Part shown: one piece after another, positions 36,688 to 50,524 of the stretch
How the letters are laid out: each line of letters starts with the position of its first letter
Position numbering within the stretch: the first letter of the stretch is position 1
NCBI RefSeq assembly: GCF_018350175.1
Contig: NC_058368.1
Location: forward strand, 16,804,001 to 16,868,000
Length of the DNA stretch: 64,000 nt
Reading direction: 5' to 3'
Origin: Felis catus
Lineage: Eukaryota
The notes under the pieces: model-generated
What the model saw: the letters and a program-made list of their open reading frames with translations, nothing else
What the model was told of the DNA's origin: nothing
The model's database searches: none
Program-made: the position numbers and the translations under genes

Positions 36688-36902
36688 TTTTAATTTTTTT
36701 TAACATTTATTTATTTTTGAGACAGAGAGAGACAGAGCATGAACGGGGGAGGGTCAGAGAGAGGGAGACACAGAATCTGAAACAGGCTCCAGGCTCTGAG
36801 CTGTCAGCACAGAGCCCGACGCGGGGCTCGAACTCACAGACCGAGAGATCATGACCTGAGCTGAAGCCGGCCGCTTAACCGACTGAGCCACCCAGGCGCC
36901 CC
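36688..36902 (-). mobile_element. CAN-SINE
   Basis: TSD tgggttgtctttttt at 36673-36687 and 36903-36917. Confidence 0.97.
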
Positions 36903-37508
36903 TGGGTTGTCTTTTTTAAGGACTAAAATCTTAATGAAACTGACATATATAGAACAAGCAAAAAAATAATAGTAACTCTTGTGTTAATAGTATAATGATG
37001 ATGGTTAATACTGAGGGCTTTAGTCTATGATCCACACTGTATACAATTATTCCCGTGTGTGTGTGTGTGTGTGTGTGTGCACCTACATATTTAGCAAAAT
37101 GGTTAATACAAGATTCTCAGGGGTGTTTCAAAAGTATAAGAAAGGGTTAGTGGGATTGGATAATTTCTAAGCTTTCTTGCATCTCAATAACTTTCTGATC
37201 CTAATTCCAAGCTATGAAGTGATCTTGTGGCTCCCACAAACGCTGGACTCTTACTATAGAATTCTCACGTACCAGGTAGACTCCAGAACCTAAAATTATT
37301 GAGACAAAAGTGCTATGCTGAATAAATGGAAACTTGAGATGTTATATATAATACATAATTATCTAAGAGGTTTGTGTTTTAAACCTGGTTTTATGACTTA
37401 CGAACTAAATGTACACTGGCCAAAAGATCTTTTCTAAAATGGAAGTGACCAATTTTATAGCTTTGTGACAAACAACATTCAGAAAGCTGTTAAATGTGAT
37501 TGATACAT

Positions 37509-37724
37509 GGAGTGCCTGGGTGGCTCAGTCCCTTGAGCATCCGACTTCGGCTCGGGTCATGATCTCACGGTCCGTGAGCCCGAGCCCCATGTCGGGCTCT
37601 GTGCTGACAGCTCCGAGCCTGGGGCCTGATTCAGATTCTGTCTCCCTCTTTCTCTGCCCCTCCCCCGCTCATGTCTGTCTGTCTCTCTCTGTCAAAAATA
37701 AATAAACATTTAAACTATTTTTTT
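37509..37724 (+). mobile_element. CAN-SINE
   Basis: 16-bp TSD aatgtgattgatacat at 37493-37508 and 37725-37740. Confidence 0.97.
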
Positions 37725-37754
37725 AATGTGATTGATACATAAGACACTATCTCT

Positions 37755-37953
37755 TTTTAAAAAAATTTTTTTGAAGTTTATTTATTTTGAGAGACAGAGT
37801 GAGTGGGGAGGAGCAGAGAGAGAGAGAATCCCAAGCAGGTTCTGCACTGTCAGCGTGGAGCCCAACGTGGGTCTTAAACTCTTGGACTATGAGATCATGA
37901 CCTGAACCCAAACTGAGCGGGATGATTAACCAACTGAGCCACCCAGGCGCCCC
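37755..37953 (-). mobile_element. CAN-SINE
   Basis: Reverse-complement copy ending ccacccaggcgcccc. Confidence 0.94.
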
Positions 37954-38394
37954 TTATATTGGCATGCTGGTGTCATGCTTTACAGAAATCCTTTGTAAAA
38001 TGAAGTTATATTTTAAATGAAGAAGCATTGTATTTGCGATTATCCTAGACAAAATGCTAACAGAATGCTGACAGAAATTCTCTTAAAAATCCAAAAATGA
38101 TAAAGTGGATAATATAAAGAGTACCTACAATACCAGAAATAGAGAAGAAAGAAAAATTTATGTGCAATATTAATCTTATCATTTCAAACAGAGAATTTGG
38201 CAAGATTTCCTCAGACTCTAAATAATGTATGCATTTTTCTCTTTTAAAATCATTCTTCCTGAGAGTAATTACTTCTTTAAGCCCTGCAAATGACATATAA
38301 AAGCTCTTGTGTTTCTATAATAATCAAGAATATTTTATACACTAAAACTTCCTTAAACTTTCTAGATATATTTAAAAAAAATTTTAAATGCACT

Positions 38395-38587
38395 TTTTTA
38401 AAAAATTTTATTTATTGGGGGGGGGAGCTAGTGGGGGAGGGGCAGAGGGAGAGAGAGAGAGAGAGAGAATCTCAAGCCCTGGTAGCACAGAGCTCAATGG
38501 GGGACTTGAACCCAGGAACCGTGAGATCAGGAACTGAGCCAAAACCAAGAGTCTGACGCTCAACCCACTGAGCCACCCAAGAACCCC
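38395..38587 (-). mobile_element. CAN-SINE
   Basis: (GA)n tract and head gagccacccaagaacccc; TSD aatgcact. Confidence 0.92.
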
Positions 38588-39039
38588 AATGCACTCTGAT
38601 TTATGTTCCTGCTTAAATGAATCACCTCCAACAGAAACTAGACATCCCTCCTCACAGGCAATCAGTTGGTGGTTATGTGTTGAGCCTGGACAACTGCAGT
38701 AGCTTCTTTACTGCCCTTTCCTTCTGCCTGATAATTCTTTCCCAGAGATATTTTATTTGTTATTTTTCCATTAACGCTTCCATTCATGCTTAATGAGGAA
38801 CTTTGCTGTAATCAGCGCATACATCCGATAGGATCACATACCTGGTCCTTGTGTTATTCTCCCTTTTGTGGATACTGAAGAAAGAAAGTGAGATCAGATT
38901 CCTTCACTGTCAAAGTCAAATTGAGGGCTCTATGGACTTACTAAAATTACATTAGTTTGAAAAAGGAGTTCATTAAACATTCTAATCCTAAAAATTTATG
39001 AAAAATATAGAGGTATTTCCAGAGTTAAATAAGCAAGGG

Positions 39040-39507
39040 AGACTAATCAAGACTATCATACAAGAGAAAGATGAACTCAACTTTGCTGAAACAAAAGGCA
39101 GGAGAGTCTAGGGCTTGGGTTGAGTGGCAAATATAGAGGAAAAATACTGAAGGGTACTAGGGGTGAAGTTGATCAACGTAATTAGGTCATCTCTGCTGGT
39201 TGCATTGGAGCTCATCAAAATAAGGCTCCCACCTTCCCACAGAGACTAGGGGTGCTATTTTCCTGAGGATTACATTTCAAAGGGTTGGCTTCCAGGTCCT
39301 CCAAAAAGACAAAAAAAGACATTCCTGAGGTGTAGAACTGTCAAGAGCTGGAAGAATATTTACAATTCAATGGTGCAGAGAATAGTTTGTAATTGCAAGT
39401 TTTCTAGAGTAAATGTTCTAAGAAAAGGGAAGTTGGTCTGGTCGGTAATTGAGAAGAATCTGTCTAAAGTTCTGTCAAACTGAGGGGAATGTTCAGGCCA
39501 ACCTGCT
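39040..39507 (-). mobile_element. ERV1-type LTR (MER67/MER31-like)
   Basis: Reverse complement begins ggcctgaacattcccctcagtttgacagaactttagacag; internal gattacatttcaaaggg motif. Confidence 0.65.
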
Positions 39508-39889
39508 CTCTTCTTCATTAATCCTTATTTAATTCTACCCTGTATGTTAAGGGGGGATGGGGCGGGAAGAGGAGAAAATCCCCACAGACGGTGTATTTCC
39601 TAGAGATGTTTCATTTCCCTAAAGGTAAGCTATTTAATTACACAGAGGTTCTGGGAAAGTGCTGTGAACCAGGGCATGATAATCTCTTAGACTGGGTTTT
39701 CTGTAGAAAAAGAAAGATTCACAGATCAATAATTCTGAGAGAAGTGATCAGTACTTTATACTTTTAAAAAGCTCCTCTTGCGTTCCTGGTTTATCATCAA
39801 AATGAGAGCCACCGCACTATCAGTTATGAATGTCTCTCGTTCTAATACAAGTGAACGGGAGAGAAGTTAGATGCCAGCATGAACTATTA

Positions 39890-40520
39890 CGGGGGCAGAG
39901 TATGCCAAGTTCGGGAGAGGATGTGGAACAGCCAGAACTTGTAAAGCTATTGGTGGGAATGAAAATGGTACCCGTACTTTAAAAATACCTCTGTGTTACA
40001 CCAGCATACGCTAGCCATTCTACTTCTAGGCATTTACTCAAGAGAGATGAAAGCATGCACACATATAAACACTTTCACCTGAATGTTCACAGCAGATTCA
40101 TTTTTAACGGCAAAAACCCAGAAGCAACCCAAGTGTCCATCGACAGCTGAATTGTAGAAAAGGTGTTATGTATCTGCACACTGGAATGTTATACAGGGTT
40201 AACAAGGAATGAACTAGAGACACATGCGATAACAGAGATGACTCACACAAACATGTGTATCTACAGTATGTTTCTGCTCGGATACAATTCTAGAAAATGC
40301 AAACTGATCTAGGTGACAGGAAGCGAATCACCGTTTGCCTGCAGGTGAGAGCAGAGTGCTTGATGGAAGAGACACACAGGGGCAGGAGAAAACTTTGAGG
40401 CCAATAGGTATGTTCCTTTCCTTGATTTGTGGCAGTGGTTTTCACTGTTTGTCAATAGGTCAAAACCTCAGACTGTGCATTCTAAATATGTACAATCTAC
40501 AGCTTAGAAATTATATCTTG
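39890..40520 (+). mobile_element. Ancient L1ME 3' fragment
   Basis: gccattctacttctaggcatttactcaagaga; aagcaacccaagtgtccatc; aattctagaaaatgcaaactgatc. Confidence 0.75.
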
Positions 40521-40714
40521 CTGAAACCATTTACATAAAATGCATTTGGAGGAAAACCACATAGCTTTTAAGGAAAATTAAAGGGACTATGACTTTTTAA
40601 ATTATACCTACCTCTAGAAAGATTAACCAAAAAGAAAAAAAAAAGCTGAATTTATTCTTCCTATTCTTTCATGTTCATGAAAAGGCTGAGACAGATTTCA
40701 TTTCTAGAAATTTA

Positions 40715-40937
40715 TTTGTTTATTTATTTTTAATGTCTAGTTATTTTTGAGAGAGAGAGAGAGAAAGAGCACAAGCACGGGAGGGGCAGAGAGAGAAGGA
40801 GACACAGAATCCCAAGTGGGCTCCAGGCTCTGAGCTGTCAGGTAGACCCCGATGTGGGGCTCGAAGTCACAAACTGTGAGATCATGGCCATGGCCTGAAG
40901 TCAGATGCTCAACTGACTGAACCACCCAGTCGTCCCC
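40715..40937 (-). mobile_element. CAN-SINE
   Basis: 15-bp TSD atttctagaaattta at 40700-40714 and 40938-40952. Confidence 0.97.
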
Positions 40938-41034
40938 ATTTCTAGAAATTTAAATGCAGGAAAAATAAAACTCTAGGAGGAGTTTTCTAGAATTGATGGG
41001 AAAAACTAGAGTCTAACATCACCAAACAGATTAT

Positions 41035-41270
41035 CTTTATACTCTATATGCTATTTATATACTTTGTATTATGTATATACTTTATACTTATACTATAATA
41101 TGTACATATCTACATATATGATATAAAGCACATACATAGTCCAAAGATGTTTTTATACTACATATATCTTTTTACTATATAAATCTTTTATACATTTGTA
41201 TATATACACACGACACGTACCTATATGCCATATACATTACAATGTATACTATATCTATTATTCTATCTAT
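41035..41270. repeat. Degenerate (TA)-rich low-complexity tract
   Basis: Repeated tata/tatac/atatg motifs. Confidence 0.8.
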
Positions 41271-42580
41271 AGAGCATTAATCTTTCTCTTTTGCATTTAA
41301 AAAAATTATCTAGTTTGTTTTCTATTTATTGCTTAGCAGTTTTCATTTAACATCTGGCCCTCGTTGATTCCTACAGCTCTATAAACACAGAGAATAAAAG
41401 GTGTTTTTGGAATAATGCACCTCGTGGGTTCCTCTGGAAACTAGGGTACACACGAACAATTCAAAGGTATATGACACTATCTTTTACCATTATGTACTTA
41501 GGCATGGATAATCCATTATATCCGTGTCATTTGCTTGCCTAGTCAGCTGGCAAGCTAGCTACCCATCTATGGTTTTGATGGAGTGCCTACCATAGGCCAG
41601 GCCCTGAGCTAGTTGTTTCAAAATGATACATATGTATATTTAAATCTCACAACAAATTTGAAAAATTGCAAAGCAGTTACAAAGTAAACATGATTTGCCC
41701 CCAGATGGAAAGTGGAAAATGATAAGAAATTATTGTATAAAGCTTCTACCAAAATCATATGCACTAGGAATCCTAAGAGACGAAGAAAAACCTTGAAAGC
41801 ATCTAATCCCTCTTGGTTCATTCATTATCTGTATAAACTGAGTCCCCCAGGAGTTTGATGTTTGCCTGAAATCACACAGTCTTGTCTGAGTCAAGATGAG
41901 TTATAACTCAATACCCAGAATTCCTCATCAAGATGGCTTTTCATTATATTAGGTGGCCTTCTTCAGTGACTATAAAAGGTCAACTGTGATGTAACTTTTC
42001 TAGAAGCTTGAGGGAAGACAAGATTATTCTGATTGGCGATGACTAAGTCAGGGAAAGCTCAGACTTCTACTTGTTACTCTGAATCCACCCATCATACACA
42101 CCGCATTCGTTTATTTTTAGAGTATCTTAGTGTTACGGAAACATGAGGGTTTCCTTATCTTTGAGAACTTCATGCAACACACTTTTGTTCTTTTACAATG
42201 AGTTCCCCAAGGGCACTAGAATACGTGGGAAAATCTGTTCGTGTTATTTTCCGTTTTATCATTATCCTTCCTGTGCTCATCAATACGCTTCTATCACCTG
42301 AATCTTAAACAGAGAAAGCAAAGCAAAACATGGTCTTAAAATATAGCTCTTAAATACAGGGAGAAACCAAATAGTTGTGATGACTGTGGAAGACTGCCTT
42401 GGGAGTCTATGAACACCCTACCCTACAAATTTGTGAGTAGGAATAGAAGGCACAGGAAGAGGAAATGTGTTGTGCACCTCGGTGATAAAAAGCAGTCTCC
42501 CTTTGGTTTGCACTACCCTCTCATACAACGGCCAGTCACACATAAGAAGGCTGTCCTTGCTTGACTGACCAAAAGAAAGC

Positions 42581-42990
42581 TGCATTTATTTCCTATTGCC
42601 GCTGTGACAAAATCACCACAAACTCAGGGGCTTAAAACAACACAGATTTATTTTCTTACATTTCTGGAGGTCAGATGTACAAACTCAGGCTCAGTGAACT
42701 AACAGTCAAGGCGATAGCCGAGCTGTGTTTCCTCTGGAGGCTGTAGGGGAATCCTGTTCCTTTCATGCCTCTTCCAGGTTCTAGAGATGACCCACATTTC
42801 CTTGGCCCCTGGCTGCGTTGCTCAACTTCTGTGTCTCTCGTTATATCTCTTTCTGTGATTCTGACCTTTCTACCTACCTTTTATTAGGACCCTTGTGCCT
42901 ACCTTGGGATATCCACCTGGGTAGTCCAAGATACTCCCCTCATTTCAAGATCTTTAATTTAATTACACATACAAAGTCTCCTTTGCTGTG
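42581..42990 (-). mobile_element. MaLR LTR (MLT1-type)
   Basis: tttcctattgccgctgtgacaaaatcaccacaaactc...ggcttaaaacaacacagatttatt...ctggaggtcaga. Confidence 0.88.
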
Positions 42991-44243
42991 TTTCTCAACT
43001 GTGATAACACTGTATTTCTCCAACCTGTTCCTCATGAAGATGACTATATAACTTCATGTAAACAAGACAGGTATATTTTTGTCTTGCAACAATCTTGTTA
43101 AAAAAAATAGGGAACTACTTTTGAGTTTCACTTTCAGGATGAAAGTGCCTTGGACAGACAATTATTAGTTGGAGGTTGTATGTGGTGGTTGATTGAGCCC
43201 TGGACCCAAGGTCGGTTGTCACAGACCCATCTCCTAGCCCTATGAGAATTCCTCAGCATTTTTTCTGAGGAATAATAAGTGCTCAATAAATATCTCTGGA
43301 TGAGATGAGAGGGCAGTATAAAAATCAGCCAGTTTGAGTCCTTACAAGGGTGAGCACAGTAGGTGCAAAAGGAGAGGAGACAAGGGCACCATTTATCTTA
43401 TTGCTTTTTTTAACATATAGTGTGTTTCTTTGAGACTTGTTTTCCAATTTATAGATTTTCCCAAATATTATAAACTATGATGAGACATTCTGATGTGAAA
43501 TATGAAAATGAATCGGGTTTTATTATTTGGCATCTAACGAGCCACGAAAGTTGCAAAACTTATTTTTAAAATGATTATCCATAAATACCACAAAACAGAA
43601 GATTTGGATCTTAGAGCAAATCGAGCTAATTTGGGAAGGAAATGAAGAGGGCTTAACCAGATAATAGTATGGGCATTTTCCAAACATGAACAGGAAAATA
43701 AGTTGCCAGTGTGTTCTTGGATTGGTGATTGAAGAAAAGGATAATTAAGCAAGTAAAGAATCACACTACTCCGGGTTAACAAAATGTGCACCATATAAGA
43801 TGTGGAATCGAGACAGTAACAAAGTATTTGTCAATGAAAATCATTTTCAGTACCCTCCTTTTCTGCCCTCACCTTCTCCTGTTCTTTAACGACCATTTTT
43901 AGAGAACATCATGGCAGCTTCTTTCAGTGGTATTTCCCAGCAACCCTCATAAGAGTAGTTCCAACTTGCATCTTTTCCAATTACCTGTGGGTGCCAGTAA
44001 AGGTGAGCAGCTCAGCACTGCTTGTCCGGCATCACCACTTAAGGACAGCTTAAGGTAGGTTTCCTTGTAAGTTGACCGTAGCAGCTCACGTGTATTAGCA
44101 ATAACCCATTAAGAATATTGCAGAGAGCATTGACCTTTCTTTTTTAATGTTGAGCAATGCAATTTGTCACATTATCAGGGTCTCCCACCTCTCCATTTTA
44201 CTGTACCCTGAGGCAAGGTGCATGTCCTTAGGCTCTTTTTTAT

Positions 44244-44245
<2 letters not shown>

Positions 44246-44274
<29 letters not shown>
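44246..44274. repeat. (GT)n microsatellite
   Basis: About 14 GT units; a similar array lies at 37055-37079. Confidence 0.95.
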
Positions 44275-44277
<3 letters not shown>

Positions 44278-44602
44278 GGTGTATGTGTTCACTCAATCAG
44301 TGGAGAGTGGGGTAGGGAAGGATTCCAAGGGTTTACAATATGAAGCCCCTCCATGTCTCTAAGTAGAGTCTGGTTCCAAGAATCTTGACAGAAGCCCTCA
44401 AACGTGCATCTACCTGCACCACCAGGGCACAGAGGCAACTTCACAAATGAACTTCCAGGATTAGTCTAGGTCTGTTAGTTCTCCCAAATACTCAAGCTTT
44501 CATGTTTTACATCAAGCAAATGTGCATGTACTTATTCTAAATATACCTTAAGTGTCAGCTGCCCCAGAAGTCAGTTTTTACTGTACTTAAAATGAAAAAG
44601 TA

Positions 44603-44778
44603 GGGGCACCTGGGTGGCCTCAGTCGGTTGAGCTTCTGACTTCTGCTCAGATGATCTCACGGTTCATGGGTTTGAGGGCAATGTCGGGCTTTGCAGCGAC
44701 AGCACAGAGCCTACTTTGGATTCTCCGTCTCCCTCTGTCTGCCCCTCCCCTACTTGCTCTCTCTCAAAAATAAACATT
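44603..44778 (+). mobile_element. CAN-SINE
   Basis: ggggcacctgggtggc head; TSD-like aaaatgaaaaa on both sides. Confidence 0.93.
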
Positions 44779-45768
44779 TAAAAATGAAAAAATAAACATG
44801 GGTTATATACAGCTTACTAATTCTGCCTAAACTTTGAAATTATCCATTAAATCTACTTAGGTGAGAGGTCAAGGCTGAGAGAGGGAACACGAGGGAAGAG
44901 AGACACGAAGCCAGAGGGCAGGAAGTGTGGAGACAAATGTTCCCTCTCCTCCTGCCCTGCGATACTTAGATCTTCTACAAGTCAGAGGGCAAAGGTGACT
45001 GGACATTGTAAATCATAGAGGTCCACCTCCCAGAAAGGCTGAGGGGACGGACAAGGACAGAGGTGGATGAGGACCAAATGGAGACTAAACAGAAGTTCCT
45101 TGTCTTCCGCTTCCTTCATATTCTTCCCCCGAAGCGACCATGCTTGATGTTCTTTGGCTTGTTCATTTGACATTTACCTCCACATGTCTATGAAACTCAT
45201 TTATAGTACTTGTTCTTAGTTTTCCAACCGGAGACATTTTCTGCTGACCTCCCACTTACAATCCCTCCATCTAATCTCATACAAACATACACAAACACAA
45301 ACACATTTAATATTTTTATCCTCTCAATATTGCTACATGGTAAATTTGGTTAAATCCACATATTCCACACAGGCATTACTCAGATCACAAAAATGCTACT
45401 CACAGCTGAGACACATACTGATAATAACTAGTTTCCTTTCTTGTACAATTCTGTTTTGTTGCTGTTTTTTTTCCTAGTTCCAATAATGCCCCCCACTCCC
45501 ATTTTTTCCCCATTTGCTCTGTTTACTAAACAATCAGTATTAATTCAAGCCCTTGCCTCCCACCAATTGTCTATTTGCTTTAAGCCATTCAGATGCATTA
45601 AGTATTGCATTGACTTCTTCTTGGAATCATCTCTCCCAGAGCTGCAGACAAATTGCAGCTTTGTTTCTTCTCAAAGTTAAGTGCATAGCTGTTTCCCTGG
45701 GATATCCCTTCATATCCATAATCTGTTGTTTGGGATCTCCTCTTTTGTACGTCTAATGTCTTTACCTT

Positions 45769-45994
45769 TTATTAAAATTTCTTTTTTTTCAACATTTATT
45801 TATTTTTTTGGGGACAGAGAGAGACAGAGCATGAACAGGGGAGGGGCAGAGAGAGAGGGAGACACAGAATTGGAAACAGGCTCCAGGCTCTGAGCCATCA
45901 GCCCAGAGCCTGACGCGGGGCTCGAACTCACGGACCGCGAGATCATGACCTGGCTGAAGTCGGACGCTTAACCGACTGCGCCACCCAGGCGCCC
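45769..45994 (-). mobile_element. CAN-SINE, young feline subfamily
   Basis: TSD tgtctttacctt at 45757-45768 and 45996-46007. Confidence 0.97.
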
Positions 45995-48192
45995 TTGTCT
46001 TTACCTTCTAAAACTGACTTTAATTATTGTGTGACACAACTTTTAGTAGATTCCTGAGAAAGAATGCACACAAAGTAAAATTTCTACAAGCTTACATATA
46101 TGAAATCGCTACCACTCGGGCTTCATACTCAATTAATATTAGCTTAATATGGTATTGTAGGTTTGGAATATTTTTGCCCCAGATTTTTGATACCTTCATT
46201 TTCTCCAGGCTGCCTGTGCTGCTATTAGAAAGTACTCGGCTATTGGGCAACAAATCCTTTCAGTGGGACCTGCTTTTCTTCACAATTTTTTTTTTTTTTT
46301 TTGTCTTCAGTTTGCTGAAGTTTTCTGAATATGTGCTTTGGCCATTGTACGAATTCATCCATCTTGTGTTTTTCTGACAGCATTCCCACCCAAAAGAATG
46401 CGTTATGGCAAGGATGGCCTGAGTAGTAGTTCAGTGATTCTCACACATTGTTTGTCCTCAGCCCCTCCTGAGAGGAGGATCCCAGCGTCACATTTCCACT
46501 AACTGCGATCAGTCACCGCGGGGTGCCATCTAGGTAAGCCGGGCTAAAATTGTATTATTGACTACCTACTATTAATACAATGTCTGTCTCTACCTCCCCG
46601 GTCGTTAACACTAGACTGTGTTTTGAAAACACAGATTCTTTAGGAGTGTCCTCCAAGGTTAAGAGGTCAGAGCCTGATAGTCACGGAGATAGATTTGTCA
46701 AAGACCACACAACTAGCATGTGGTGGAGTTAAGATCCCAGCCCATGTACACAGTTCAGATCTTGTGCCCCTTGACCATCTGAGGGACAAAGGAGATTGTT
46801 ATCTATAATTGGCATCTATGAATTATTTGCGCCTTTGGTTCCATAAATTTCTCATGTGTTTTATATTATAGATTCTCAGCTTTTAACACCTTCTGATGTG
46901 CTCCCAATGTATAATTGAATTGAAGCAAAATAATACATTTGGGCAAATAAAACCAGCGCATGCCTTAGCTCCCATTATATGTCCTTTAAAATGCATAAAT
47001 TCTGATTTTTAACTCCTGATTCAAACTGTATTTTGCTACGAGACTATCCCTCGAGGAACCACTGGACCATCTGCTTTAGGTTTCCCTTTCATAATTAACA
47101 TTATCTTTTTTGGTAACAAAGGAAAATTAAGCAAAAATGCTATAAATATCTGGTGGTAGATAAAAGATGATTATTTACCTGACCTGAGGGTAAAAATTAT
47201 CATTATATTATCTGCAGGTGTTTTAAGAACATCTATCTGTTTAAGATATACTGCTGTGCCTTATTTTCTTAGAATGCAGTATGGACATAGGATTTGCCTT
47301 AAAGATGTCCTCTCCCTGTGGGCTGGAAGTTGAGTGATCACAAAGAAAATACAAATAAATGTATCTGTTCTAACCTGGTGGTCAAAAATAAAAGAAACAA
47401 AGGATTATCAATGATATAATCAGAGTATCAGACATTTTAAAGTCACAGTCGACCTTGAAGAAAGAAAGAATAGACATTTTTGAAAGTAACGATGGGAGCA
47501 CAGAGAATTCCATCCTAGGAATACGATTCTTATTGCTCTAGAATTTGGCAAAGGTCTCAAAAGTCAACAGTAGCACAACTAATTCCAAGTAACCCCATAT
47601 TCTAAACAGAAGTGCAAGATCATGTGCGCAAGGCACTTAAGAGGTTGAGAGACAGGTTGTTCCCGCATTAGTCTAAACCTATTGGTTTAGAGACCCTCTT
47701 CCCGTGTACAGAGCTAAAATAGGAGATGTCCTGAGCAAATCAGGAGTATCACTCACCTTCCTCTAAGACATGATAGTGCGAGAATGTAAGGATATTTCCC
47801 TGTGGCCAGATGCAGCCCAGAATGAGTAGTGTTAAGAGAGCTTTATTCCAGATGCCCACTTGAGAATTTCAAATGACCCAGAGAATATGAACGCCTAAGA
47901 AACAAGGACTAAGCCAGAATTGTTCATGGTGGGTCAGATGCAGAACTTCCCAGGGAAAAGGAGATGTGAGAGGCATTCAGGGATTAGGAGCATCTCCTGA
48001 GAACCCCAAAAAAGTAGAAATGATGAGTTTTGGCCATCTGCTGGATCCAGAATGCAACACTCTGGATTATGTATGTACCAGCCCACTACTTCCCCTTTAT
48101 TAGTTCTCCCTCCCTCTGCTAGAATCCAGTAGAGGCCCCAAACAGCAGCTGGCATGTGGAGGCAAAGACGCTTCAAGAATAATGAAGAAGCA

Positions 48193-48380
48193 GGGGTGCC
48201 TGGGGGACTCAGCCAGTTCAACATCGGTCATGATCTCACAGTTTGTGAGTTTGAGCCCCCGGTCAGGCTCTGCACCGACAATGTGGAGCCTGCTTGAGAT
48301 TCTCTCTCTCTCTGCCTCTCTCTCTCTGCCCGCCTCCCACTCAAGCTGTCTCTCTAAAAAATAAATAAATAAACTTAAAG
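48193..48380 (+). mobile_element. CAN-SINE (older)
   Basis: ggggtgcctggggg head, CT tract, A tail. Confidence 0.92.
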
Positions 48381-50524
48381 AAAATAATTAAGAAACCAAC
48401 CACAGTTCCTTTTTAACCTACAGATTTGTAAGCCTGAAGTATCCACAAACTAGGAGAGAGAAGTTTTACATTTATGTCATCACTAAACTCTACTGGCCGT
48501 TATATTACTTGAAGTTGACTGGAGGACTATGTATTTGTTACCTGGGGATCACCGGAAAATCTATAGATCCTATATTTTACCAAGAGGCAGGCGAAGATCA
48601 TTGGAGAGGATGGGCTTGAAGGCACAGTGTGAGAAAGAATGAAGTCACATTTAGTTCATAAAATGGAGTATGTTTAATTCATTCTAGGCTCTGAGGTATA
48701 TGAGGCACAAGACCATAAACAAATCACTTCTTGAAGAGTATGAAAGGAAAAGACACCCAATCTGGGACACTGGGATTTTATAAAAGGAGGCAGAGGGAAC
48801 ACTCACGTGAGAGTTTGAGAACATAGGGGAGCTTTAGAGTGACAAAACTGGAGTTCCAGACCGCACTGAGAGAAAGGTTGGTGCCCATGGTGCCCCTGGA
48901 AGGCTTGGAAGTATGGCGCTGTCTGCGGTAAACATCCATGTGAGTCCTGATGGGATCAGGCCAGTTAGAATCCCACGGGAAGGGGACACGCCATTTAGGA
49001 CGCGGTCTTCTCTTCCTAGTTGGGAGTTAGAGGACCACTGGCTATTGTTCTATCCTCTTCACTGTGTGATGGTGGTGGGAGAGGTAGGGATGCAGGAGAG
49101 TACAACACCTCAGGGCAAACAAGGGGCTGTATCCAGGGACTGTATCTAGCTTCCCAAGTGGTCTCATCGAGCATCCTTATTCAGATTTACTTTTCATCCG
49201 GTTGTATGCACACTAGTGCCTAAGGAGCATTCGATCTCTTTTACTTACTTGATTTCACTTTGGTTCCTACCATCAACAAGGCTAAGGTAAATGCTAGAAC
49301 AGAAGACCCATACTTGAAGGCCTGGTGCCACTTTAGTTCTCAGCTATATCTGTGTGCTTTCTGACAGATTAGCTTGTCACTGGTTCCAAATAGATTCACT
49401 TCATGCGGTCTGCAGGGCGTGCTCTGCAAATGGATGGCTGATGGAGAGAGCAGGTGGAGTCCGAGGTGCAGCCTGGGATGCGCTTGTCAGGGCATATGGC
49501 CCCGGTACTGCAGTTCCAGGAAGCAGTGGCTTTTGCTCACTCATATGAAAGTGGTTGACAAGCTACCAAAGAAGACTAGAAGCAGAAATTCGAAATTCGA
49601 GTCTAGTTATAATCAAGGGCAAGAAACTGAGTCTTTAAACTGAAGTCAGACAGAAAGTATTCTCTGGGTCAAGTCAGGACCCCTGTTGAACTCTATTCAT
49701 TGGGAATAATACACCCTCTTGAATTTTAGCTTAAATTTGGATAACTGTTTCTTAACATGCCTTCCTAAATATTACAATAAGCTATAATGCTGACACAAAG
49801 AGGTATTAGGTATGCAAAAATTTGCCTGCTATAGATAATTGAATTAATGGTAGTAAACGACGGGAAGTCTCTTAGAATAGTTGCAGAAAATGTCAGGGCC
49901 AGGAAAGGTGAGCATGATTGACTCCTACACTGAGAACTATCAGTTAATATCCTACAATGATCTATCTAAAGTTTCTAGATGACTTTCACTAGAAACTGTT
50001 TATATTAATCTAGAAGTAGTTAATTTAGGGAGAAATGAAATCTAAATGGTATTTAAAAAAGGAATGACAGTGCTATTATTTCATATTCCTCAACCTTTTA
50101 CAGGACACCCCAGCAAAGCTAAAAGTTCTAAGAGTATAAGCCTGATTTAAAAGGAGCGACGGGTTACTCTGCTGTTACACAGTTACCAGAAGAATCTGTA
50201 CATCTGGAATGAGAAGAAACCTTGAAACAATTACCTAGTTTAAATGACATATATTTTTCTTTAGTTTGACATCGTAATGTAACATATCTTTCTCATTTAT
50301 ACTTTATGTGATATTTAAGATTAATGATAAATGAGTTCTAGTTTCCTTCAGGTTTTATTATTATAGATACTATAGAATGTTGGTATTTCATGTGCTTTGA
50401 ATATATTTTAAAGATAATCATCAGTGCAAAATGGGCTTAAACTCATAACTGTTGCTTTAGGAAGACATAAGGGAAGGGGGTATATGATTTGCTATCTTAC
50501 ATAGAGGAAATAGATATAAAAGAT

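Noticed and set aside
46381..46539. Additional plus-strand AG...GTAAG pairs (also near 39625 and 54028)
   Set aside because: Weaker or ambiguous acceptors; such matches are expected by chance in 64 kb
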